A stretch of 64,000 nt of DNA, from positions 19,406,001 through 19,470,000 of the forward strand of contig OX597836.1 in NCBI GenBank assembly GCA_951406725.2, read 5' to 3'. Both the position numbers and the translations under genes were made by a program. Positions 1 to 13,156 of the stretch are shown piece after piece (the first letter of the stretch is position 1; each line of letters begins with the position of its first letter). The stretch comes from Octopus vulgaris. Lineage: Eukaryota. Under the pieces are notes generated by a model, which saw only the letters and a list, made by a program, of their open reading frames with translations, was not told the DNA's origin and ran no database searches.

Positions 1-48
1 GTGTACCTGTAAATGTGTGCATGTGCATAAGTGTGTGTGCTATCTATC

Positions 49-128
<80 letters not shown>

Positions 129-809
129 GGACAGATAGGCAGCTGGCTAACTAGATAGCGAGATAAACAAAGAAGCAGGCAGACAGACACACAGCCAGGC
201 AGGCAGGCAGACACTTATATATGCACACACATAGACAAACACATGCAGAGACACACGTTCGCCAAAATGTTACAATTGATTTGCTTGCTGTCAGGTAACA
301 AGTGAATTGAATTTGTTAGGCCAACGAATGTATTATATAAATCTCAGAGATAAGACTGAGAGGATTAGGGTCGAATGGAGGCAGGAAGTTGAGCAGATTT
401 AAGAGGCCTAAGATGCAGCATTTTCAAAGAATACCTTGGTAGTTAATATGCATTACATAAACGGTCATATCGTCTACAGTACTACCAGAAAATGCTAAAT
501 TAAAGAGGAGGGGGGGGGCTTGTGAAAGGTGAGCATAGTGTAATTAGTAAAGGGAAGATAATGATGAGGTGAGATGTGACAACAAGTTGTGTTGATCAAT
601 AAGATACCCCCTTCTCAGCCTCTTTCCATAAGTCGGTCCTCGTCATGCAAACCTATGAACAGTGGTATTTCAGCTGTGATCATCTATCTCTCTTAAATTT
701 TCAGGCAAAGTGTATCTGGGAATACATCAAACAAAGGCATTTGAATAAGCCAGTCAATAACCAGGCACAACCTGTTACTGAGAATGGTGTAGAGAACAGC
801 AGCAGATAC

Positions 810-1125
810 ATGAAGAATATTTGAAGGATCATCTACGGAGAATTCATCTACGAAGCAATTGCCCCAGTTCCCCTTCAGGGTTGGCGAAAGCGATGTGGTG
901 GGCAACGAAAAACCTGGCTGATGACAGTCAAGGCTGATCTGGAACCCAACCTAGGCCCTCATATCTATGGCATTCGCCTCTGGAATAAGTAGTGGTTGGA
1001 GATCACGCGGTCATTAGCCTCAAATCGCCAGGCCTGGTCGGCGTTTGTGAGAGATGCAGCATTGAGGATGAATGAAGCCAGCTCAACCGACCCCGGGTGA
1101 ATGCTGTCTCAAGTCAAGTCAAGTC
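810..1125 (+). mobile_element. 5'-truncated RTE-clade LINE 3' end with (CAAGT)n tail
   Basis: Translates to ...GWRKRCGGQRKTWLMTVKADLEP...YGIRLWNK*WLEITRSLASNRQAWSAFVRDA and ends in tcaagtcaagtcaagtcaa. A candidate TSD aacagcagcaga(t/g)ac lies at 795-809 and 1126-1140. Confidence 0.7.
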
Positions 1126-1140
1126 AACAGCAGCAGAGAC

Positions 1141-1500
1141 TCCATCAAATGATGGGGGGAAAACTAGAAGTAATTGAAAGCATCTGTTATCTGGGTGACC
1201 AAATCAGTAGTGGAAGTGGATGCTTTGAGAGCATAGCTGCTAGAATAAGAATAAGCTGAGTGAGAGCTGATACCTTTGTAGGCAACAAATGGCCACTCTC
1301 TCAGAGTGAAAGGCAGATTGTACAATGCCAGTCTGCAGGAGTGCCTGTGTGGTAAGTAGCTTGCTTACCAACCACATGGTTCTGGGTTCAGTCCCACTGC
1401 GTGGCACCTTGGGCAAGTGTCTTCTACTATAGCCTCGGGCTGACCAAAGCCTTGTGAGTGGATTTGGTAGATGGAAACTGAAAGAAGCCCATCGTATATA

Positions 1501-1540
<40 letters not shown>

Positions 1541-2373
1541 CGTGTATGTGTGTGTGTCGGTGTTTGTCCCCCTAGCATTGCTTGACAACCGATGCTGGTG
1601 TGTTTATGTCCCCGTCACTTAGTGGTTCGGCAAAAGAGACCGATAGAATAAGTACTGGGCTTACAAAGAATAAGTCCCGGGGTCGAGTTGCTCGAATAAA
1701 GGCGGTGCTCCAACATGGCCGCAGTCAAATGACTGAAAAGAGTAAAAGAGTAAAGAGAACAGCCTTGGGCTGGGAGCGCAGAGGAGATGCAAAGACTTGA
1801 AAGAAACGAAGCTAGTATGATCGGCCGGATGTGTAATGTCAGTGTGCATGTAAGACAGTGTGTCTTGAGAAACAAGTTGGGTATAAAAGGCATATTGAGG
1901 TGGTGTTCAAGAGAGACAACTGCATTGGTATGGTCATATGACACATGAATAAGGAGAGCTGTGTAAAGAAGTGCTGATCTCTAACTGTGGAGGGAATCTT
2001 TGGAAGAGGGAGACCCAGGAAGACATGGGACAAGGCGGTGAAGCATGATCTTCAAATGCTGAGCCTCGCAGTGCCGATGACAAGTGACTGAGACCTTTGA
2101 CAATGTGCTGTGATTGAGAAGACTTGTCAAGTCAAGTGGAATCATAGTTGTGGCCAAAGCCAGTGTCACAAACCTGTGCAGGTGGCATGTAAAAGCACAT
2201 GTGCTGGTGGCACATAAGGAGCCACTCTTGGGGGTGGTTAGCATTAGGAAGGGCATCCAGCTGTAGAAACCATGCCAGATCAGAATGGGACCTGGTGCAG
2301 CTCTCTGGCTTACCAGATCCAGTCAAACCATCTAACCCATGCCAACATGGAAAGTGAACATTAAATGATGATG

Positions 2374-2375
<2 letters not shown>
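1141..2375 (+). mobile_element. Decayed RTE-like LINE 3' part (RT C-terminus + 3'UTR + (GAT)n tail), interrupted by a SINE at 1337-1757
   Basis: KLEVIESICYLGDQISSGSGC...RVKGRLY before the SINE; RNEASM...GRGRPRKTWDKAVKHDL after it; ends in gatgatgat. Confidence 0.75.
1337..1757 (+). mobile_element. SINE family A (tRNA-like head, CORE-like ACCTTGGGCAAG segment, internal (TA)n, AAGAGTAA tail)
   Basis: ggagt..gtgtggtaag (A-box-like), gggttcagtccc (B-box-like); recurs more than 10 times in the window. Confidence 0.85.
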
Positions 2376-2416
<41 letters not shown>

Positions 2417-2419
<3 letters not shown>

Positions 2420-2743
2420 GAATTAGAGATAAAACCACTATTAGGCAACTCAAACAGTGATAGACATAAACCAATACATAAATAACAAATAATATAAATA
2501 TAATTAATATAATATATATATATAAAATATAATTTTTTTTTTTTTAACCAAAAAGTGTAAAAAGAATGATAAATATATTATTATATTATATTTATCATTC
2601 TTTTTATACTTTTTGGTTAAAAAAATTTAATTTTATATTTTATATATTATTTTAATTATATTTATATTATTTGTTATTTATGTATTGGTTTATGTCTATC
2701 ACTGTTTGATTTGCCTAATAGTAGTTTTATCTCTAATTCATAT
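2417..2743. repeat. Near-perfect AT-rich palindrome (about 160-bp arms)
   Basis: atatgaattagagataaaaccactattaggcaa... mirrors ...ttgcctaatagtagttttatctctaattcatat. Confidence 0.9.
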
Positions 2744-2830
2744 TTTATATATTTATACTGTGAAATTTGATTTAATCCTAAATCTAATTTTTCCCTGTAA
2801 GTTTGGAGCCATACTCCCTAATATTATCAT

Positions 2831-2881
<51 letters not shown>

Positions 2882-2884
2882 GAA

Positions 2885-3160
2885 AGAATAAGAAGAACAT
2901 GGAGAAGATAATTAATTAACAAACATCAATTGGATCTATTTACTAATCATAATCATATGTATAAGTAAGCGAACAAAAAAGTAAATAAATGAATAGGAAT
3001 GAGTAAATAATGCAATATTATTCACTGATTCCTATTAATTCATTTATTTATTTACTTTTTTATTTACATATTTATACATATGATTGTGAATAAATCCAAT
3101 TAATATTTTCAGGCTGAAGTTTGTTAATTAATTATCTTCTCCATTTTCTTTTTAGTCTTT
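2885..3160. repeat. Imperfect inverted repeat
   Basis: atggagaagataattaattaacaaac mirrors gtttgttaattaattatcttctccat; centre near 3013. Confidence 0.75.
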
Positions 3161-3356
3161 GTCTTATAAATTCCGAGAAAATTTCTTTTTCACCCCCACT
3201 CATACCTATTATTCAATTGCACTATTGCCTTACAACAGTAAGCATTTGGATATGAATACATAGGTATACATCCAGTAGTATATTGGATATTTATTATCCC
3301 TTAGAGATTGTTTAACCTCTAACTCAAACAAATGTGTATATATATATATATATATA

Positions 3357-3590
3357 TCATCATCTTCATCATCATCGTTTAGCGTCCGCTTTCCATGCTA
3401 GCATGGGTTGGATGGTTCAACTGGGGTCTGGGAAGCCAGAAGGCTGCACCAGGCCCAGTCTGATTTGGCAATGTTTCTACAGCTGGATGCCCTCCAAGAG
3501 TGTAATGGGTGCCTTTTACGTGCCATCGGCGCAGGTGCCAGACAAGGCTGGCAAACGGCCACGATCGGATTGTGCTTTTCACATGCCAAG
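3357..3590 (-). mobile_element. Repeat family B (SINE-like, (GAT)n tail, AGGAAGGGCATCCAGCTGTAGAAAC core)
   Basis: catcatcatcgtttagcgtccgctttccatgctagcatgggttgga... recurs about 15 times in the window. Confidence 0.8.
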
Positions 3591-3789
3591 TCAATCCAAA
3601 CATGAACATGCAAGAAAAAACAACATTAGGACATGGAATAAATAGTGTTATTGGACGCTCAGGAACGGAAAGAGAAGAAAGAGGATTTCACATTTTGAGC
3701 TGAGCTCTTCATCAGAAATTTAGAAAAAGTCCAAAGAAGAGAAGGCGGAGCAACAAAATCAGCAACGATACACACACGGTCACATAAGA

Positions 3790-4005
3790 TGGTGAGCTGG
3801 CAGAAATGTTAGCATGTCGGGCAAAATGTGTAGCCGTATTTCGTCTGCCGTTACGTTCTGAGTTCAAATTCCGCCAAGGTCGACTTTGCCTTTCATCCTT
3901 TTGGGGTCGATTAAATAAGTACCAATTACGCACTGGGGTCGATATAATCGACTTAATCCGTTTGTTCCCTCTGTGTTTAGCCCCTTGTGGGTAGTAAAGA
4001 AATAG
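3790..4005 (+). mobile_element. SINE family C (tRNA-like head, GTCGACTTTGCCTTTCATCCTTTCGGGGTCGATAAA central domain resembling Meta-type SINEs)
   Basis: gagctggcagaa...gagttcaaattcc B box; multiple copies in the window. Confidence 0.8.
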
Positions 4006-4884
4006 ATACACACATGGTCACATATTGAAATGACTGGAAGGGAATGGGTGAAGAAAAAATTTTTTCAAAGACAGGTGAGTGCAAGAGAAGGAGGAATGTG
4101 TGGGTATGTGCATGCGCGCAAGTCTCTGCGTGTGTGTGTGTGTGTGTGTAATGACAGCATGTGTATGTGCATGTGTGTGGTTGTGGCTGTTTATGTATGT
4201 TTGTGGTTGGACTTAGTGTCGTTTAAGGTCATAGGAAGAATTTATAGTAAGAATTTTGGTAGGAATGGCTCTCTCTCTCTCTCTATATATATATATACAC
4301 ATGCATGCATGCATGCATACATACATACATACATACATACATACATACATACATACATACGTACGTACATACATACATACATACGTACGTACATACATAC
4401 ACACACTTTGTCTTTGTATTTGGTTTGCAAGATCTTGATGTGAATTTGACTGTTGAAACAAATTTCGTAATTTGGAAGGGTCCTTACATCAACAATAACC
4501 CACAAATGCATGTGTTATTATCACTGGCATAAGGATTCTCTCAAGACGCACCAAAATATGATACGCTTGGTAAAGGAGGGTGGTTTTTGTTGATATCTGG
4601 CCCGGATGAAAAACAAAGCCTGTGAAAGGATGGATCAGTTGAGAGTTAGAGACCACTGGTCTGTGTAAATGTCTCTGTAAGAGAAGAAAATTCTGAAATA
4701 ACACTTGCCTCAGTGCAGAGCTGGAAATTTTGTACTCACTTGCTTCTGGACTACATGACTTTGTAAGTGAGAGTCTTATCTGTGCTGTGCAAGCTGTTAC
4801 TTTATATTTCAGCCAGGGCATTGTTGACAGCCATTGTCTTTAACATCTAGGATAATTTGTCAGTGAATGTCATACAAATGTATG

Positions 4885-4997
4885 AAATATATACATATAT
4901 ATACATACATATATACCTATGTGTATATATATATATATACACACATACATATATACCTATGTGTATATATATATATATATACACATACATATATACC

Positions 4998-5079
<82 letters not shown>

Positions 5080-5119
5080 CATACATATATACCTATGTAT
5101 ATATACATATATATATACC

Positions 5120-5165
<46 letters not shown>

Positions 5166-5405
5166 CATACCTATGTATATATACATATATATATACCTAT
5201 ATATATATACATATATATATACCTATATATATACATACATGTATACCTATGTATATATATATATATATATATATATACATACATATATACCTATGTATAT
5301 ATATACATACATGTATACCTATGTATATATATATATACATACATATATACCTATGTATATATATATATACATACATACATACCTATGTATGTATATATGT
5401 ACCTA
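4885..5405. repeat. Compound (TA)n/TACC microsatellite
   Basis: Direct reading; source of the YI-repeat ORFs. Confidence 0.95.
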
Positions 5406-5597
5406 TTCCTATGTAAATTCACAGATTACATTATACTATGCATGACCACATCTTTCGATCAATGAATGCTTCACACACTCTCTCTCTCTCTCTCTCTCTC
5501 TCTTGGTACTTATCAATGCAAATGACATTAATTCATCAGACCTACTGTTCAATATTATTTATTTATGTTATTTACCTCTTTCTTTATATCTATTTAT

Positions 5598-5960
5598 ATC
5601 ATCATCATCATCATCATCATCGTTTAACGTCCGCTTTCCATGCTAGCACGGGTTGGACGATCTTGACTGAGGGCTGACGAACCAGATGGCTGCACCAGGC
5701 TCCAGTCTTGATCTGGCAGAGTTTCCACAGCTGGATGCCCTTCCTAACGCCAACCACTCCAAGAGTGTAGTGGGTGCCAGTCAGGTGGTACTGGCAATGA
5801 CCTCGCTCGGATCTTTTTACATATGCCACCTGCACAGGTGCCAGTAAGGTGATGCTGGTAACAATCCCACTTGAATGGTGCCCTTTTACGTGCCACTGGC
5901 CGCTCTGGCAACGATCACGCTCAGATGGTGCTCTTAGCACCCTACTGGCATGGGGCACAA
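5598..5960 (-). mobile_element. Repeat family B copy
   Basis: Same tail and core as other B copies. Confidence 0.8.
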
Positions 5961-6199
5961 GTGTTGTATTCTATTATTTATATGTTGTATTCAAGAACAG
6001 GCATGGCTGTGAGCACACACATATGGTTAAGAATTTTGTTTCACAGCAAACATGAGGTTTCTGGTTTGATCCACAGCTAAGGCACCTTCAGCATGTTTTC
6101 TACTATAAGCTTGGTTAACTGATGCCTTGGAAATGAAATTTCTTTTCTGAGCCTCACTTAGAATTTTTGTTAACAATACATTCTTTCTAGAATTTTTTT

Positions 6200-7152
6200 T
6201 GTTTCGCTATACAATGTGAGCTTTTATGTCCAATTTTTCCATGCTCAAAACATTTACTATTTTTAGAAGGACAATTACTCCCACAATGTAAACCTCTGCA
6301 CCTATAGCATGAATTTGGTGTTGATGTTCATTTTCCCTTTTTCTTATCCATTTCAGGTTGACATGCATGTATCTGAGAGCAATCTTTTTCTTCAATTTTA
6401 TCTACATCATGTCTTAAATTTATAATCTTCTGGTATTCTTCAGCCACTGCCTGTAGAGTTAATTTTTGGTCCTATTCTAATTTTGTTAATATATAGGAAC
6501 ATATGTCGGCATCTTTTCTTGCAGTTAACCCAAAAATTAGACATTTAAACAAATCTGGGGCTAATTCGTTTAATTTGAATTTTTCACACTCTCTGTTAAT
6601 GACCCCAGCATAGGTGATGAAATCTTCATCATCTTTTTTAACTAAATTTAAACATTACAAACAAGTACTGAACAGGGACCTTCTTTCACTGAAAATTCTC
6701 GATAATAAATTAACAGTTTCATCAAAACAAATCGCACCTGATTTCTTCATCAGAATATAATTACAGTACTTCTTGTATTCAGCAGGGGATAACTTTCCTA
6801 AAAGTAGTCGCACCTTTATTGTCATTCCAATTTTTACATTCTTCTTTGAAGATTTCTTTGTATAATATACAGGAAAAGTAGAACTTTCTTCTAGGTTATA
6901 AATAAATTCTCCAATTGAGTTTGCTATGCTGTCTGACAATATCGAGCCCGAAATATTTTCAAACTTCTTCAACATTACTTCCAGTAACTGTTGGTATTGT
7001 TGTTGTTGCTGTTGTAGTGGTAACTGTTGTTGTTGCTCCTGCAACTTCACCATGCATGCCAATAAATCTTCCACGTTAATGATTTTTTTCTTTGATCTTG
7101 TACCAAAACAAAATTTTAATGTCCAATGCAAGTTTCAAATATCTCGTCACCA
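6200..7152 (-). mobile_element. Ty3/gypsy-type LTR retrotransposon gag remnant (K02A2.6-like) with PBS-like TGGTGACGAG
   Basis: SIANSIGEFIYN...VRLLLGKLSPAEYKKYCNYIL...FDETVNLLSRIFSERRSLF, continuing CLNLVKKDDEDFITYAGVINRECEKF through stops and frameshifts; minus strand TGGTGACGAG at about 7152-7143. Confidence 0.75.
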
Positions 7153-7611
7153 CTTTTATATCCTTGACAAACACTGAATATATAATTTAACGATGTGGAG
7201 ATAAAATCAATGTGTTTACATGTATTTTGTGAGACTCCAAACGCTCTCTCAATGACTCCTACCAACCTCTCGCCTCAACCAATACTCTACTCTTTATAAG
7301 AGTTTGGCTGGTCCATTCTTCCAATCCTATAGGGGGTATCAAAGGCTCTTGCCACAATAGTCAATTCAAATAAACAAATAAAATTAAGACAACAAGAAGA
7401 CATGCGCAAGGGATGTACCAACTTGATGCTCAGTGAGAAAAGAGAGTTTGACATTTCGAGCATAGCTCTTAGTTGGAAAGGAGAAAGGGAAAAGTCCAAA
7501 GAAGGAAAAGAAATCACCAACAGCACATATGCAGTTACACTGCTGAAGTTATATATATATTATTTATGCAGTATCAAGACAGTTTAAGTATATATAAACT
7601 AAATTTGACTG

Positions 7612-8020
7612 AAATTGATGGATGAGCATTTGGTCATCAGATTCGCAAGAAACCATGAAAGCATCAATTTGTGAGTTCGATTCAGCCTGAGGTTAGCTCA
7701 TCATTTTTCGGTCATTTGTTTATATTTAAAAATTGTCATTTCAAATCGGAGAATAAATATTATGATATATATTATATACTATGAGCCTTCCATAGTAGCT
7801 TTCTCTCCGTAACTTGCAAAGCCTTTCGGGTTTGTTTATAAAAATATTATTTATGTAATATCAAGTGAAATTAATGGGTGAGTGTTTAGCCAATCAGATT
7901 TTCAAGGAGCCATGAAAGCGTCGATTTGTGAGTTTGATTCAGCCTGAGCTCATCATTTTTCAGTTATTTGTTTATATTTAAAAATTGTCACTTCAAATCA
8001 GAGAATAAATATCATTATAT
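7612..8020 (+). repeat. Two diverged direct copies (about 150 bp) of an unknown repeat with a B-box-like GAGTTCGATTC
   Basis: ccatgaaagc...tttgtgagtt(c/t)gattcagcctgag...aaaaattgtca...gagaataaatat at about 7652-7765 and 7910-8015. Confidence 0.65.
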
Positions 8021-8361
8021 GTATGTATGTATGTATATATATATGTGTGTGCGTGTGTGTGTGTGTGTATGTAGACATAAGTATATGTATATATGTATGT
8101 AGATTATATATATATACATGTGTGTGTGTGTATACACACACACACACTTACATATATATATATATATATATATATATACTTATACACACAGACACATGTT
8201 TGGTGATGCAAACTTGAAAAGAAGAACTTTTTCTGTAATATATTAGTAAATATTTTTACTAATATATTACAGAAGCAACAAAGTGACTCTAGGGCCGAAA
8301 GTTTTATGTATTAGCACTTTTCAAACTAGAGTGCACAAAACTTTGCTCCTTCTGCTATATC

Positions 8362-8703
8362 TGAGACCCCACCTTCAGTCACGACACAGACCATGGGATT
8401 GCACCTAGAAAGTTACCCGCCCAGGCACAAGTCCGGGCAAGGCTGTTTATGGAAGACCAGCAGTCGCCCATGCATACTAGCCTCCCCTCACCATGCCACC
8501 AGTGTTATCCAAGGGAAAGGCAACAGCAGATACAGCTTGGCACCAGTGACATCGCAACTCATTTTTACAGCTGAGTGAACTGGAACAACTTGAAATAAAG
8601 TGTCTTGCTCAAGAACACAACACGCAGCCCAGTCCGGGATTCGAGCTCACAACCTCACGATTGTAAGCTCGACACTCTAACCACTGAGCCATGCGCCTTC
8701 ACT
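8362..8703 (-). mobile_element. SINE family D (tRNA-derived head)
   Basis: Minus strand gtgaaggcgcatggctcagtggttagagtg...gagctcgaatcccgg, then cttgagcaagacacttt...cactcagctgtaaaaatgagt. Confidence 0.8.
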
Positions 8704-8707
8704 TCTG

Positions 8708-8778
<71 letters not shown>

Positions 8779-10784
8779 ACAGATATATAGATCTATACAT
8801 ACTATATATATATTTATGTGCATGTGTGTGTGTATGCATGCATGAATGTATGCATATGAGGAGTCTGCCCACACCTTAGGTCAATATTGAAAACAAAAAA
8901 AAGACGAAAATAAGAACGGAAAAGAAAAGGAAACTAAATTAGATTAATAGAATCATTAGTGCTTATTATTCTATTAATAAACATTTCAATGATCTACAAA
9001 TTTCCATGCTTTGTCTCAGAAAGCCAAAAATAGAATGCTTTCAATTTCTTTTCATCTTTCACTGTCTGTCATTCCATTCACCACAACTGATTCACAATGA
9101 CATAGAAATGTCACTGCAAGATAGTAAGAGTTGAGACAGTAAGAAATGAGAAATATCACACAGTATTATACCTATAGGTGTCGGAGTGGCTGTGTGGTAC
9201 GTAGCTTGCTTACCAACCACATGGTTCCGGGTTCAGTCCCACTGGCTGAAACAGATCTTGGGAGGGTCGTTTTGCCAATAATACACACACTATGATTATT
9301 CATCAACAAGTTACACAATTAAGTAACTGATTGTTTGATTAAATATTTGATAAATAAGTCAATCATCTGGCCTGTCGTGGTTCCTTCATTGCCATTTGTA
9401 ACTTCATAAACAACATAGCCTCATTACTCCAGATCTGTCTCCAGGAGATTGATATTATCATATAGCATCGTATCTGGAATATTACTGAGACAATGGAAGA
9501 TGAATATTACCTCACTCTCTCTCACTCACACACACACACAAACACAAACACGGATGAGGCTCACATATATAATTCTAATGAGCTGAAAATCTCTAAGGGT
9601 AAACTAAGATTATCCTTGCAATTAAGAGACAACAAACTCCCTATCAGGAGATTTTAAACACACTCTGGAGGAAGTTTCTGTGTTCTAATTGTAAGGATAA
9701 CCCCAGTTAATCAAAGCTTTTCAACTCACTATATTATAGTATGGGAAATGAAGCTGCTTGGTTGTGTTGTCACCAATACACAGAACGCTCATCTCAATTA
9801 TCCTCCACTTAATTTATGTATAAGTGTGTGAATGTGTGTGCGTGTGTGTGTGTGTGTGTGTGTGCTGGCATAGCTTTGAGGTTAAGAAGTTTACTTCCCA
9901 ACTATATGGTCCTCAGTTCAGCCCCACTGTACAACAACTTGGGACATATGTCTCCTACTATAACCCCTGGACACCAACCAACGCTATGTAAATAGATTAG
10001 GTAGATAGAAACTGGAACAAGCCTCTGTGTGTGTGTGTGTGTGAGAGAGAAAGACAAAGGGAGAAGGTGCATAGCCTAGTGGTTAGGTTGTTGCACTCAT
10101 GACTGCAAGATCATGGTTTCAATTCTCAGACCAGTGGTGCATTGTGTTCCTGAGCATGTTGCTCCAGTCCACTCACCTGTACTTGGGTAACCCTGCTACA
10201 GACTGGTATAGATGTGCGTATGTATGTGCATATATATGTAGGTCTGCATCTGCACCACCACCAGAAAGTAACCCAATACGAAAGCATAAACATATATGTA
10301 CGTAGATGAACATATATATGCATACATGTAGGTGTCTATATAAATATATAGATGTGTGTATGTATGTATGTATGTATGTATGTATGTATGTATGTGCATA
10401 TATATATGTAGGTCTGCATCTGCACCACCACCAGTACAAGAAGCTTCACCTCTGTACCAGAAGACTCTCATAGCTCCCCACCACCATCAACAACTTCATC
10501 CACGTTACTGCATACACCAATAGGAGAAGCATTACTTAGTAAATTAACAAACCACCTACTCCTTTCTCCCTACTTGTAATGGATTAACCAATAGCTATTT
10601 ATCTACTTAATTTTAAAATTGACCCATTTATGTTTGTAGCAATAACACATATTTACAATGCTTGTATAACACTCATTCCCAATAGAGGCAACAATTCTAA
10701 CATAACTGAATGATGGTAGATTAAAGTTAGAAAAACTGATGTGACATGTCTGTTATCAAATGTTCATTGAAACTTTCTTTTCAG

Positions 10785-12290
10785 GTGCTGAATACCATCC
10801 CGCCTTCTCATGCTAACTCCCTTGCCCCTTTCCTAGTTCTCAGAGTTGGTACTATCAGTGCAGGTACATTGAAAGGTAGGTCTGGTAAGATTGTTGAGAT
10901 GCTTGAAGGGAGGTGTGTTGATGTGTGTTGCATTCAAAAGGTAAGGCGGAGGGGAGCTTCAACCAGGTTCTTCACAGGCAAGACACAGATATAAACTCTT
11001 CTGGGAAGGTAACAAGGATGAGGTAGCTGGTGTGGGCATACTTCTTGCAGAGAAGCGAGTTGATAAGGTCATAGAGGTAGTCAGAGCATGCAATAGAGTA
11101 CTTAAGCATAGGCTAGTTTTGCAGAATAGTACATTGACAATTATCTCTGCCTATGCTCCACCAAGCAGACCTACCAAATGAACAAAAGGACTGCTTTTAT
11201 GATATTCTTCTGCAGGCTACCTCAAAGACAAATAACAATGATCTCATCTTTGTGGCTGAGGATTTCAATGGACATGTTGGGCAGCAGCCTAGTATCTTCC
11301 ATGATAAACATGAGAGTCATGGAACTGCTCCCGAAATGAAGAGGGAACAAGGCTACTGGAGTTCTGTGAAGCAAATAACCTATTAATCTGCAACATCAAC
11401 TTCAGGAAGCCAGCCAGCCAGCCACCAGATAACCAACCGATTAAGTGACATGCTAGCCAGATTGATTACATTCACACCAGTCAGCAGAATACATGGTTGT
11501 ACATAAATACAGAGACCTTCCCTGATGAAGAATGTACCCCCAGCATAGACTACTGATTGGTGTCTTTAGACTTCAGGCCAAAGGATACCTAGAAGCAGAT
11601 CAATCTGGAAAAGAAGGATTTGGAAGTTTAAGAATCCTTTATATGGTCAGATATTTAGGGACACTCTAATTGCAAAATTTGATGAGCGGGAGGAGGAAAT
11701 ACAAACTTGTAACATAGAGGCCAACTGGGAATTCCTGTGGGACATCTTGCTATGTATCACAGATACTTAGTTAGTGCAAAGCTCATCCAGACCGAGGGTG
11801 ACATGGTGGTGGAACAATGCTGTAGACAAGGCCATTAGAGCAGAGAAACAGGACTGGAAGTGTTGGGGTAGCAGGGAACTGTATCAGATAGCCAGAAGGA
11901 AAGCTACGAAACAGGCATATCTAGCCAGGGGAGAAGCAGAAGATTGCTTATGTTCTGCAACATGAGGACTAGAGACTTGAAGTGTTTTGGTTTGCAAGAC
12001 AGTGTGTGAGAGAAAATTGTGATGTCACAGATGAGAAATGTATCCGTATGGATGATGATGCACTTGTATTTAATGATTCTGCAAAGAAAGAGGCTTAGAA
12101 ATGCCGTTATGAAAGACTACTAAACGTGGAGAATGAATAGGAGAAGGAGAGTCTGCCAAATGTTGACCCAACTCAGGGACCTGCTATCAGAATAAACAGT
12201 ACCTTGATAGATAAAGCAATTAAGGACATGAAGACAGGGAAAGACCCCAGCCCATCACAAATCACTGCAGAGATGTTTAAAATATCAACA
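10785..12290 (+). mobile_element. Decayed RTE LINE: APE endonuclease to pre-RT region
   Basis: LRVGTISAGTLKGRSGKIVEMLEGRCVDVCCIQKVR; GVGILLAEK; IISAYAP; DFNGHVG; TWWWNNAVDKAI; many stops and frameshifts. Confidence 0.9.
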
Positions 12291-12319
12291 TTCAAAGAGT
12301 GCTTTTTATGTGCCAGTGG

Positions 12320-12716
12320 CACATAAAAAGCAGTGGTCCCAAGACAGTGCCCTGTGGAACACCGCTCACTATTTGTGTGTTCATAGAGGTGGCTCCATTA
12401 GCCACAACTGCCTGACTCCTATCATTCAGGAAGTCATGTAACCACTCTCCAAGTTTTCCAGCTATGCCAAGGTTACGCAGTTTGTGGCATATCATACCAT
12501 GATCCACCTTGTCAAAAGCTTTTGCAAAATCAAGGTATATTACGTCCACATTTGATTTGTTGAGTAACTGCCTCAACACCCAGTCATAATGTTGTAAGAG
12601 CTGGGTCAGGCAGTTCCTACCTGGTCAAAAGCCATGCTGGGCATTACTCAGCTAGTTATTTTCTTCAAGGAATGTGATTAGTTTCCCTCTGACTATCCGT
12701 TCCATGACTTTGCTGA
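12320..12716 (-). mobile_element. Non-LTR reverse transcriptase fragment (CR1/Jockey-like)
   Basis: DVIYLDFAKAFDKVDH...SGVPQGTVLGPLLF (RT motifs). Confidence 0.9.
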
Positions 12717-12744
12717 TGTTTATATACATAAATATATATATCTA

Positions 12745-13156
12745 TATATGTGTGCATGTGCGTATGTTTGTGTGTCTGTGTTCGTCCCCCCTATATCACT
12801 TGCCGATGCTAGTGTGTTTAAGTACCCGTAATGTTGTGGTTCAGCAAAAGAAACCGATAGAATAAGTACTAGGCTTACAAAAATATAAGTCCTGCAGTCA
12901 ATTTGTTTGTCTAAAGGCCGTGTTCCAGCATGGCCACAGGCAACTGATTGAAACGAATAAAAGACTATATACATACACAAATATATATACATATATACAT
13001 AGATACAAATATAAATGTGTATGCAGTCAATTTGTTTGTCTAAAGGCTGTGCTCCAGCATGGCCGTAGGCAAATGACTGAAACGAATAAAAGACTATATA
13101 CATACACAAATATATATACATATATACATAGATACAAATATAAATGTGTATGTATA
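12745..13156 (+). repeat. SINE A 3' half with a tandem about 130-bp duplication of its tail plus flank
   Basis: gcagtcaatttgtttgtctaaagg...aaatataaatgtgtatg at about 12894-13023 and 13023-13153. Confidence 0.8.

Noticed and set aside
4489-4860. Possible PLCL exon 2 (donor-like GTGAGT near 4739 on the minus strand)
   Set aside because: No frame resembles a PH or PLC domain.
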